Below are positions 36,249 to 46,526 of a DNA stretch of 64,000 nt, in pieces. Every line of letters starts with the position of its first letter. Position 1 is the first letter of the stretch. The translations under genes and the position numbers were made by a program. Source of the DNA: Dimorphilus gyrociliatus (taxonomy: Eukaryota > Animalia > Annelida); contig CAJFCJ010000015.1 in assembly GCA_904063045.1 (NCBI GenBank), positions 992,001 to 1,056,000 of the forward strand. The letters run 5' to 3'. Below the pieces are notes generated by a model that was given only the letters and a program-made list of their open reading frames with translations, did no database searches and was not told the DNA's origin.

Positions 36249-39200
36249 TGTTTAAAAAAATGATGTGAAAAAGGTAGTAAGGAGTAGTAAATAAGAGAAT
36301 AGTGGCATAAAATAAAAGATATTGTATTAGGAATATATCTTTTGCATTAAATACAATTTGTCCTGAAAAATGATTTATTTATTAAATTTTTTGTGTTGTC
36401 TCTTTTATCTGAGATAATAAATAGTAATTGTTGAAAGATCAATCGATTTTAAAGTGGGAAAAAACAGAAACAGTGGAAATTTTATAATCTTGGAAAGGGT
36501 TTACTTTTTTTCCTAATTTCTGTTACTTTATTAACTCTCCTTATCTAATATTATCAATCTGAAGAGGATATCGATAAAGGAAATCAACTTCTCAATCAGA
36601 ATTTATCTTTTTCTTCTAAATTTCACCTCCTACAACATTTTATACTTAATTAACTACAAACAGGTAACAACATTTCTTAGTTTAAAGCATATAACATTAT
36701 AAAACAGGATAAATAATCTTCTTTTATTTAAAGAATTTCGAATTTTGTCTTTTTTTCTTTAAAAAAGATATTTTTGCATAGGTCACGAAAGTTCAATTTA
36801 TTAGATTATTGATAAGGTGGGAATGTACAAAAGGAGAGACTAGAGAATGTCATTCATATGATATGTTTTAAACAAATGCTGCAATTCGAAGCATTTAATT
36901 GTTTTTATTTATTCAGAAAGTCTTTCGCTTAACAATGATGTAGTCATATTCTGGTCCACAATTTATCTCTACTGTATATACAAATATGTATGTATGTATA
37001 TTGGTCAATTTTAAAAACAACACAGTGAACTTATTATTTTCTTCAGATAACTCCAAGTTGAAACTATCGACGAACGTAATATAACTCATTTGTTTCTTTA
37101 TCTAAGAAATATGTACCCATACCTTATCTTGCTATATATAAGCACAAATAAAACATATAAAATAATTTAAAGGCAAAATTAATACATAAACATTATATCA
37201 TAACCTTCAAAGGTTAATTGTTATTTATACTACTGTTTTTCAGTTTCTTATCTTAGTCTGATAATCAATAATCAGACTATAATTAGAAAAAATACAAGTT
37301 ATGTTAAATTATTTTGTTTAAAAAACTTCTTTATTTGTTATATTCAAGATAACCTAAAAAAAAAAACTTGAATAAACAAATCCTGTAATTTAGATTCAAG
37401 AAAGACTATATGTTTCATTATTTATAAAAAAAAAAATAGGACATCCGTGTTAGTATATACAAATATCTTTCAGTAATAATCTAGGAAAGGAGAATAGTTG
37501 GCTTTATGGGATTTGTTTGTAACGCTTATGTATTTTATTTTCAATCATAAGAGGCGTTTAGAGGTCAAGCATTTAATAATCTCTCTCTCTCACTCTCTCT
37601 CTCCTCTATTTTGCCCTACTTTTTTCTTATACTTTAAATATGTTTGCTTTCAAAACATTCTAAAATCCAAAACACTAAGGAAGATTTATAAATAGCATTT
37701 ATAAATTAAATTCGAAGAGAAATGATCTGTAGAACCGATTTGGAGGAGGGAAGGCTTGACAATCTGAATTTTTTTCTCTTACATGAAACTCAGAAACGCC
37801 CCATTATATGGACTTTCATTTCTATTGTGCTGGATTATTGGTTTTTTAAGGAAAATGGTTCATTGACTTAGACTACTTGATCAAATCAATATATGACATA
37901 ATTTTAGGATAAAAGACGCCTAAGATAGTTTAATAGGATTTCTAAATAACGTTAAATGAAATAAACCTCAATGAACATAATTTCTTTTCTTTACCAAGCC
38001 AACAAAACGCAGATATCATAAGGACAAAGTATATTTAAACGCCACTTTACACTCTCCCTGATAAACAAAGCTTACGGGGGTGATTCATATAAAATTAAAT
38101 TCTATAATATAGCTGAATACTTCATGAAGTAATACTGTCTACTTTTGCTTTATTTAGAGTCATTTATGATTAATAAGAAGGGGAGAAATGAGATATGCAA
38201 GCGCTATCTCAAATCTATTGATACAATATACTTTCATATAGCATAACAGGTGAACTATTTATCTAGGTTAGAGAAAAATAATTCTCGTGAATCAAAAGGT
38301 GTGGCTTCAGCTTAAACCAATAGTGGGCGATCCCAAACTATATTTTCATTCAGCTAAACTGAATTTTCTTGTATATACACTTTTATGTAGTCTTACCAAG
38401 TTAGGAATGACCGTAATTTCTTGACTGTTAGCACTGGCAGAATAATTGATTTACTTGTCAAGCCTTCCCTCTTAAAAAAACGTCAATAATGCGAATGCAC
38501 TAATGATTTGTTGGAAATCTCTTATAGTTATCCTAGAACTTCATCGTAAAACTATGAAACTTTTTTCATTCTTCATTCTTCCAATTACGAAGAGGCCTTG
38601 ATTAAACTGTGACAAGGTTATAAAGATAACTAGAATGTTTCACCATACGTTATCAATTAATTATTATATATAATTTGTGTTTGAATCTATATGAGCTGCC
38701 CTTAAAGTGTAGGTATAGTGAAAGATCTACAAAGAAAATTTACAGGAGAATGACTTGAAGGAGAACTTGCATCTTTACAAACTCACTGAAACCGGTTATT
38801 CTTTTTATTTAAATATATGATAAAGTTCAAAACGTGAATATTATAGTCAAAATCAGCAAAAATAAAAAGTTAAGTCATAAATTAGAAAAAAATGCTTGAA
38901 CAGCAAAAAACAAAAACAAAAAAAAAACACACATACACTTATTGTTTCCGGCAACTATAAATAGATCACTCTTCAGGAAAATCGAGGAATTCATAATATA
39001 AAAAAAATTGAATAAGGTTTCCTGCTCTCTTTCTCTTTAATCTTTTAAAAATACTATTAAGGGAAGTTAGTAAGGGAAGTTAGTTATACAATTCGTTATT
39101 GCTATTTATTCAATGTAAACAGTAGGTAGTTCTACGTCTCTTTCTTATAGTTGTATAAGTTTGATAGTTTATCTTTATTTTAGCATTTCGAATGAATTAT

Positions 39201-39543
39201 CTACTGCTAACCGACAGTACTAGATCTCGTCTCAATGGCTCACGTATAGTTTTCCTAGTGAGTCACGTGATCTAGAGCCAGATGATTCACTTTTAAATAA
39301 AAATACTATACTAGTTCATATAGGAGCGAGACTTTGATATCCGCTCTGTAGATAGTTTATATACTATTACATGTATAACTTGAAAAGAGAGAAAAAAAGA
39401 AATATTGGATATAGGAGAATATATACTTTTGATAAACATATCGACGTAAAGGAAAAGCTCAATTATTAGTGAATATCTCTCGATGAAAAAGAAATTAAAC
39501 TTCCGAAACGCAGCTTTATGAAAAAATTTCTTAAACCATAATA

Positions 39544-40302
39544 ATGAAAGATTATAAACAGCATTTAAGGGATACCCTTACCACTTCTAGGAATAACACT
39601 TTACTTAAGATAATTATGGGAATTGCCTTGTCAATTTTTCTATTTCATTTTTTAGTTTTACCGAAACTAACTCGTAACTACGATGATCCCTGCTTTCTAG
39701 AAAAGGCTAAGTTCGATGCATTATCGCATACTCTTGGAGCTTTATCAAGATCACTGCAAAAACTTAATGAAACTTATTGGCTTGAATATGGAACTTTGGT
39801 GGGATTTTATAGGAGAAAGTCGATTTTAGAATATGATCATGACATCGATTTAGGAAGATTGATGCATGACAATAAGGATAAAGAAAGAAATGTATATAAG
39901 AAATTAAAAAGAGAGCTTTCAAAATATAATGTAGATTTAATAAAAAATGGATACGTTGTTAGGAGTAGAGCTCGTGATGGTAGCTATGTATACGGAGATT
40001 TGTCAACATGGAGAAAAGTTGTTTTGACAAAAGACGGAAAAAACATCACAGTCCTAAGGAGAATCGATCCAGACTTAAAACCATCGACATTGCTTTTACA
40101 TTTAGCCTATTCAACTGGGATGGGAGATATACCTTCCAATTGGATTTTGCCTTCTAAAAAAGAAAGATTATCAAATGGTAATGTTATTCACGTTCCAAAT
40201 AGCTATTTGAGAGTTATCAGACATAGGTATCCGCTCTCTTGGATGATACCCTTCCCATATAAGTGGAAGTGTTGGTTACCATGGAACTATCCACACAAAT
40301 AG
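39544..40302 (+). CDS. LicD/fukutin-family nucleotidyltransferase-fold protein, type II membrane, paralog 1 (intronless CDS)
   Basis: N-terminal TM (IIMGIALSIFLFHFLVLP); YWLEYGTLVGFYR...YDHDIDLG matches the LicD WLxxGTLLGxxR...DxDID motif. Confidence 0.85.
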   Translation: MKDYKQHLRDTLTTSRNNTLLKIIMGIALSIFLFHFLVLPKLTRNYDDPCFLEKAKFDALSHTLGALSRSLQKLNETYWLEYGTLVGFYRRKSILEYDHDIDLGRLMHDNKDKERNVYKKLKRELSKYNVDLIKNGYVVRSRARDGSYVYGDLSTWRKVVLTKDGKNITVLRRIDPDLKPSTLLLHLAYSTGMGDIPSNWILPSKKERLSNGNVIHVPNSYLRVIRHRYPLSWMIPFPYKWKCWLPWNYPHK

Positions 40303-40607
40303 GGACATAATTGATCTCTTTTTTACACTGTGATTGTTATAATTATTAATCAGGTTGAAGCTTTGTTAAACGAATCAAAATACAATATTGTTATACTTTT
40401 GAAATTTTTAATGCAGTTTCTTATAATTATAAACTGAATAAATAACTGAATAAAGAGATAAAGTGTACTGATTTCAAAAATCAAGGGAATGTTTGTTTGA
40501 ATGACTGAATGAGATAATTAAAGACTAGCGAATAAAACGAGTCATCCCACATAATCTGGTCATTACCATGTATGTGACAGTTCCCCGTGTCAATTGAAAT
40601 TCAATTT

Positions 40608-40621
40608 CCTGTAGATGGCGT
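40608..40621 (+). promoter_or_regulatory. CTCF-like motif upstream of LicD paralog 2
   Basis: CCTGTAGATGGCGT, 12/14 match to the consensus. Confidence 0.5.
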
Positions 40622-40658
40622 AGCGTACTACCAGTTTTTCACGTGAATGTTTTGAGAA

Positions 40659-41456
40659 ATGAAAAGCTGGCTTAACTTGGAAATTGCTCAGACTCTTCAA
40701 GAAACACGAGAAGACATGTTATCTTGTAAACCTAGAGGCCGAACTAAAGCGTCTTTAATAAAAAAAATTCTTATTGGCTCTTTTATATTTTTAGCTTTTA
40801 TGCACATTTATGCATTTCCTAAATTCACTCAATCTTACGGCGATCCTTGCTATCTAAATAAAGCCAAATTTAATGCCTTAACTCACATCCTTCACTCTAC
40901 TGTAGCTGTTCTACAAAAACGAAATGAAACCTATTGGCTAGACTATGGAAGCTTAATGGGATTTTATAGAGCACGTGGTGTAATGCGTTATGACTCAGAT
41001 ATTGATATGGGTCGATTAATTCACAGTGACCCAGAGAAAGAGAAACATTTTTATAAAGTATTTGTTGAAGATATGAAGAAGCATCATGTTGATGTAATAA
41101 AAAATGGAACAATGCTCCGTCGTCGAGCGGAAGATGGTGATTATGTATTTGGTGATCTCATGGTATGGAGAAGATCCACGATTACTCAAGATGATAAAAA
41201 AATTTCAGTTTTAACCAGAAGAGATCCTAAATGGAAAGAATCAATGATGTTAAAAGTTGCAAAGTCCATGGGGGCTGGAGATATACCTGAAAAATGGGTC
41301 CTTCCACCTAGGCCTCAGGTGTTATCCAGTGGTCAAATTGTGCACGTCCCTAGAAACTATGAAAGAGTTATTCGTTTTAGATATCCATTTTCGTGGAGAA
41401 TACCCTTTCCATATAAATGGAAATGTTGGCTTCCGTGGAATTATCCTGAATCTTAA
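40659..41456 (+). CDS. LicD/fukutin-family nucleotidyltransferase-fold protein, type II membrane, paralog 2 (intronless CDS)
   Basis: TM ILIGSFIFLAFMHIYAFP; YWLDYGSLMGFYR...YDSDIDMG. Shares YxDPC.L.KAKF.AL and C-terminal PFPYKWKCWLPWNYP with paralog 1. The true start may be the second Met. Confidence 0.85.
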   Translation: MKSWLNLEIAQTLQETREDMLSCKPRGRTKASLIKKILIGSFIFLAFMHIYAFPKFTQSYGDPCYLNKAKFNALTHILHSTVAVLQKRNETYWLDYGSLMGFYRARGVMRYDSDIDMGRLIHSDPEKEKHFYKVFVEDMKKHHVDVIKNGTMLRRRAEDGDYVFGDLMVWRRSTITQDDKKISVLTRRDPKWKESMMLKVAKSMGAGDIPEKWVLPPRPQVLSSGQIVHVPRNYERVIRFRYPFSWRIPFPYKWKCWLPWNYPES

Positions 41457-41700
41457 AAAATGCTTCATTTATGGCTGTCATTGAATTTTTTTTTAATATA
41501 AATCTTCCTTTTTTTGCATAATAAGAACAAGAAAAGTTTACAGTGCTGTAAAAAGTATCAAAATATGTTTCCTAATCAATTTCCAACAGTTACGAACTCA
41601 AGAAGATGATGCTTTATATTGAATTTAACACTAAAAAACAGTTCTTGTTAGAGATATCATTTATATAAAGTCAAAACTATTGAACAAAAGAGTTAATTGA

Positions 41701-42936
41701 TTATTTATTGTTTTTAGATTTTAACTTCTTTTTCTCTACTTTAGCCTTAGTAACTTTACTAATTTCCTTTTTCTTCATATTTTTCTCTTTTGTTATCTTT
41801 TTGACATCTTTCATAGTCTTCTTTAAAGTTTTCTTCTTAACTTGATCATTTAACCCATTATTGGTTTTAACATTCTCAGCGTTACTCTTATCTAATTTCT
41901 TTTTTTTGGTTTTATTTACTCCTTTTTTAACATTCTTCTCTTTACCAGTTTCCTTATCTTTTTTCTCTAAAAGTGGCCTGTTTTTTTTATTGAGCCTCTT
42001 TAGACCTTTCTTCTTCATTAAGTTCTTTTTTAATTTCTTGGTTGTACTCAGAATCATACCGGTTTCCATATCATAAACGTCGATATCACCATAAGTTCCA
42101 ACTTTAACTTTCTTATCAAGTTGGGTATCTATCTCCTCCAGATCTTCTTCAACTTTCTTTTCATTCGTAGTTTCACTCAAAATAACATCAGCTTTATTAC
42201 CGTAATCCACGTGAAGAGGTAGGGATGGACAATTGCTAGATATCAAATTAACCATTCGAAAGTTATTAGATCCTCCCGGTGTCTCTTTGCTCATAACTTT
42301 CAATATAGCATTGATATTTTGAGCGACATGAATATTCTTCATTTCTGTGCTGCCGACTGGAATGGAGACATTCTGGCCTTTGCCATGTAGCTCGCAAAAA
42401 GTGAACGATAATGCTCTTTGCAATTCTTTCTTTAAATTTTTCGCTTCCAAGTCGAAAGAGATCGGAAACTTATGGCGATCGTAGAAAGCCTTGCCCAATA
42501 TGGCTGGCAATAGACGATACACACGAGAGTCTGCAAGAAATATATCATAGAGCGTTGATAAATGACGCTTTGCTTCGTACGTCTGATGTTCTAACTTAAT
42601 TTGTTTCAATGGAACTATTGCCGAGATTTCCTCACTTATATTCTTTTCTTTTAACAGTTCTCTGAAGTTTTCCTCTGTATCTTCATATTCTCTGCTTGTC
42701 TTATCTAGATCTTTAGTAATCAAGCATACTTCAGCATTGTCCTCTATGAGTCTATGAGGCAGAGGAATCTTTATATGTCTATTTTCCTTAACGTTGGGGA
42801 TCTTCTTAAAAACAATTTGAACAAAAATTGATGAAGAATCCTTCAAAAGAGACTGCTTTTTATCTTCAGATTTATTATTTACTAAATCTTTAATAATTTC
42901 TACAGACTTTGCTAATTTACTTTCATTAAATTCCAT
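41701..42936 (-). CDS. RSL1D1: Ribosomal L1 domain-containing protein 1 (Cic1/Utp30 family)
   Basis: IPLPH, EVCLITKD, YEAKRHL...DIFLADSR+...LP..LGK.FY...KFP and a long Lys-rich tail. The CDS is uninterrupted; a probable 5'UTR intron spans 42942-43182 (aag/gtaagt donor, tttcag acceptor 5 nt before the ATG). Confidence 0.9.
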   Translation of the reverse strand: MEFNESKLAKSVEIIKDLVNNKSEDKKQSLLKDSSSIFVQIVFKKIPNVKENRHIKIPLPHRLIEDNAEVCLITKDLDKTSREYEDTEENFRELLKEKNISEEISAIVPLKQIKLEHQTYEAKRHLSTLYDIFLADSRVYRLLPAILGKAFYDRHKFPISFDLEAKNLKKELQRALSFTFCELHGKGQNVSIPVGSTEMKNIHVAQNINAILKVMSKETPGGSNNFRMVNLISSNCPSLPLHVDYGNKADVILSETTNEKKVEEDLEEIDTQLDKKVKVGTYGDIDVYDMETGMILSTTKKLKKNLMKKKGLKRLNKKNRPLLEKKDKETGKEKNVKKGVNKTKKKKLDKSNAENVKTNNGLNDQVKKKTLKKTMKDVKKITKEKNMKKKEISKVTKAKVEKKKLKSKNNK

Positions 42937-42971
42937 TTTGCCTGAAATTAAAATTAGTTAACTCTCCAAAA

Positions 42972-43029
42972 CACGTGCTTTCGCAGTGGACTGCCTAAGT
43001 AGTAGTATGTCGCGATTAAAAATGGCGGC
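42972..43029. promoter_or_regulatory. E-box (CACGTG, 42972-42977) and YY1-like motif (AAAATGGCGGC, about 43019-43029) near the RSL1D1 5' end
   Basis: Exact motif matches. Both motifs are typical of ribosome-biogenesis and housekeeping promoters. Function untested. Confidence 0.4.
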
Positions 43030-43445
43030 ACATTGAGAAATCTACTTTTCACTTAAAAAAGTTTTTTTCAAATATTCGTAAAAATATCATTCATGGATTA
43101 TAAATAATATAACTTTAAATATATGATTAATAGTCAATGATGAAAAAATTTGAAGCGATAATTTTTAAGATAGTTTACTTACCTTTAATAGAATAAATTT
43201 ATGAAAAAGCTTAATTTATCGATAACGTTTTTATCCCGTAAAAGATTTTTATTTATCTCAAATTCATTTAGCTCTTCTCTTTTATATTAATAATCTAATA
43301 TGTAGTAGCGTCCAATATTCTTAGAAAGTAGCTAGACCAGCTGGCCTATTTCCTTTTCCGGTATTTGGTTTTTCCACAGAAACCAAAGGTAAACTATTTT
43401 ATTAGATTCGATTTGATTAGCATCTTTGTCTGATGACGATATGAT

Positions 43446-45080
43446 ATGAGTAAGAGAAAGATATTCAAACAAACTTCGATTAAAGATCACGTAAATAAAC
43501 GCCCCAGAATTTTACCATCGGAAGAAACGAAAATACAAATAAGATCCGGTGAAGACAATCAAATTACAATGGCAACTTCTTCATATCTAACAAGAGAGGA
43601 TCATGGTATAAGCGATTCTGATGAAGAAACCCAGCCAATCGATAGTCATGATGACACGGATGAAGATGATAGTAGTAGCGATGAATACGATAATAACGAG
43701 CAGAGTTTAAGGAAATTAGGAGAGGAAGGAATTCCTATTCAATTTGGTTGTGAAAATGAAATTTTATGTATGCCAGGAGCCGATAAAAATTATAGGCATG
43801 ATGATTATGTAAAAATGCCCACTGAGTCACGAAGGTGGACCGAGATTACAAATCAATTAAAAAATGTTAATGATTTTTGTAGTTTTAAGAAGGCCGTGAA
43901 AAAGTATTTTAACGACATTAACGGTACAAGTTTGAATTTTGAAGCTTTAAAAGAGTTTTTGAAGCAATATTCAAAAAGGAGGGAAACCCTTGGTAAAATT
44001 GTTCGGTTGGCTCTGGAGCTGAGAAACTATAAAATTCCCTATCTTAAGAGTGGAACAAAAAAATGCATTACGCTTGGCCAATACAGCATCGCATGCTTGT
44101 TAGCTAATGCTTTCTGTTGTACTTTTGAGCAGTCAAAACAGGATAACTGTCCAAATATTAATTTCTCTCATCTTTTCTTTTGTGATGATCAAGGACCAGA
44201 CATGCAAAGAAAATTGGAAAAATTGAGGTGTATTTTCAATTATTTTGATCGAATTATTGATAGGAAGGACGAAGGTGGCATGGAAACTTACATAACATTT
44301 GACAGACGCCATGTTACGAGTGATATGATTCCTAATTGGGAAACAAGTTCTGCTAAAATTGGTTCAGAAAAATTTTTTGTTACACACAAAGAAATTCATC
44401 AATCAGATTATGCTGTAGTTGATTTTGCGAATAAATATATAGGAGGAGGTGTTCTTGGCAGAGGACTCGTTCAAGAAGAGATAATGTTTTTACAGAATCC
44501 TGAATTGATTGTTTCAAGACTATTTACCCAAAGATTAGAAAGTACAGATTGCTTAGTTATTACCGGATTTGAAAATTTCAATAAAACTACAGGATACGCG
44601 TCAACTTTCAAATTTGATGAAAAATCGGACGATAAAACACATACATATCAACTATGCAAAGATATGAAACAACGTTTTTCTCAAACAATCGCCATTGATG
44701 CTCTACCCTTTAGAGACCCTAGTGACCAATATAAACATGCAAACCTAAAACGGGAATTGAATAAAGCTTTTGTTGGTTTTCATGAACCACATGAAAAAAG
44801 CGTTGCTTTAGCCACCGGAAATTGGGGCTGTGGAGCTTTTAAAGGAGATAGGGAATTAAAATTTTTAATACAATTAATGGTAGCCACCGAAACTAAAAGA
44901 GAGATTTACTATTCAACTTTTAACGATAAAAGATTCGAAAAGAAACTAAGAAGTATATACAATAAATTGAAGAGCAATCGCAAAGAAGTGAAAGATATTT
45001 ATAAATACATTATAGACTTTGGACCTGAAGTGTTCAGGAATGAAGCACATATCTTTCGATTTATTGAAGAAAACCTTTGA
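43446..45080 (+). CDS. PARG: Poly(ADP-ribose) glycohydrolase (intronless CDS)
   Basis: VDFANKYIGGGVLGRGLVQEEIMF (GGG-x-QEE catalytic loop), TGYA Tyr clasp, ATGNWGCGAFKGD, SLLANAF-like segment (ACLLANAF). Confidence 0.93.
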   Translation: MSKRKIFKQTSIKDHVNKRPRILPSEETKIQIRSGEDNQITMATSSYLTREDHGISDSDEETQPIDSHDDTDEDDSSSDEYDNNEQSLRKLGEEGIPIQFGCENEILCMPGADKNYRHDDYVKMPTESRRWTEITNQLKNVNDFCSFKKAVKKYFNDINGTSLNFEALKEFLKQYSKRRETLGKIVRLALELRNYKIPYLKSGTKKCITLGQYSIACLLANAFCCTFEQSKQDNCPNINFSHLFFCDDQGPDMQRKLEKLRCIFNYFDRIIDRKDEGGMETYITFDRRHVTSDMIPNWETSSAKIGSEKFFVTHKEIHQSDYAVVDFANKYIGGGVLGRGLVQEEIMFLQNPELIVSRLFTQRLESTDCLVITGFENFNKTTGYASTFKFDEKSDDKTHTYQLCKDMKQRFSQTIAIDALPFRDPSDQYKHANLKRELNKAFVGFHEPHEKSVALATGNWGCGAFKGDRELKFLIQLMVATETKREIYYSTFNDKRFEKKLRSIYNKLKSNRKEVKDIYKYIIDFGPEVFRNEAHIFRFIEENL

Positions 45081-45508
45081 TTAAAAAGCAGAAACTCTGT
45101 AAAACAGTCTTTTCTATCATTAGTTAATGTTTCAATTATTGCACATTTCTTATAAATTTTAGTTTCTGTTATTATGGAGAAATTAGATATTTCTTAATTG
45201 TTCTCTCTCAGTTTCCACCTCTCTTTCTTCTTCTCGTTTCCTTTATAATAAAACTTCAGGGAGGGAAAGAGAGAGACAGAGAGCGATTTCTGTAAAAGAA
45301 TTATTATTTTAAGTATAAATATAAATTGATTTTGCGAATGTTTTTTGTATTCCTTGTCTACTTTCTCTTATCATAGAGTTGATAAGTAATACATAATGAG
45401 CATAAATTGCACTATTAACTACTAAAAATGATTTAAGCTTCTATTCTTCAAAGATGCAAATATTACAAAAAACTTGAAATTAACTTTTCATGATATTTTA
45501 TCTCTTCG

Positions 45509-45522
45509 ACACTAGATGGCGT
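45509..45522 (+). promoter_or_regulatory. CTCF-like motif between the convergent PARG and COG3 genes
   Basis: ACACTAGATGGCGT, 12/14 match to the consensus. Confidence 0.5.
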
Positions 45523-46526
45523 TTTCTCCAAACTAGTCGACGTTGAGAAGTATCATTAAAAGTTACAAGTATGATGATAGAGTTAATAGATAGCATATAT
45601 TTTAAATGGACATATAAAGAACAAAAATATATACATCAAAAGCTTTTTAAAGGTTTTTTTACACTGTTTTTGACAAAAGGTTTCGTATTGGAAATGTGAT
45701 TTAAATTTTAGTTCTTAAGGTAATTAAAGCCAGTTTACTTCCGGTTCAAAGGCTTACAATAAAAGAAGATGAGAAAGCTCTATACTATAATAACAAATAA
45801 AATGCTTTCCTTTTTTCCTTCATCTTTTTTTATTATCCTATTCGATAATTTATAGTTTGTCAGATTATTGTAAAAATCAATCATCCTTTTGGTCTCTTTC
45901 TTCCTTATTTAACGGAAATAGTTTAAAGAAAAATTTCAAGGTTGTTAACTCTTTGGTTACTTCTTTCAATGTAGGTATTATCCTTTATAATCTATTCTAA
46001 AAGAAAAACCTTGTGGAATAGAATGTGGGCAATCTTACCTGGCTTACAGCTGATTCGATTAAACTCCCCCACCGCCTTCTACTTTTCTTTCATCTTTTCA
46101 TATAATTTGTTAGTCCCAAAGTCACGTTCTCTACTCAATTTATCCTCTAACACTACTATCATTTACTTCTCAATCATCCTCTTTTTGACCTTCATAAACA
46201 TGTTTCATTAGACTTCAACTACTATGAGAAATTTACAAGAAACCGTAGTACAACTAACTAGATTTTCATAAAAGGGTTTTACATTTATTATAAGGCCGCT
46301 TTTTCTCCAGATTAGTTTCATGTATACGATTTAAACATTTGTGTAAAGGTATAGTTTCGTTTTACAATATAACCTTGATTTATAAACAGTTCATAAATAT
46401 GCATATTTTATTTTTTAAGTGAGCGAAAGAAAGAGTTTGATAGCACATCAAATATCGACATCTTTTCATTCTAACTTGTCTTTTATCACAATAAACAAGC
46501 ACTGATCCTCTCATTGCATAATCTTA

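Noticed and set aside
36460-36650. Type II membrane-like reading (KQWKFYNLGKGLLFFLISVTLLTLLI*YYQSEED...), possibly a glycosyltransferase pseudogene
   Set aside because: No ATG, an internal stop and no recognisable homology. AT-rich DNA readily gives hydrophobic translations.
36030-45760. GGTTCRA words at about 36034 and 45744 resembling tRNA T-loops
   Set aside because: No T-stem pairing or cloverleaf could be built around either.
46050-46200. Purine-rich minus-strand stretch reading ..RDFGTNKLYEKMKEK, faintly like a retroelement integrase fragment
   Set aside because: Too short, with no flanking RT/IN motifs, LTRs or TIRs; it cannot be supported without a search.
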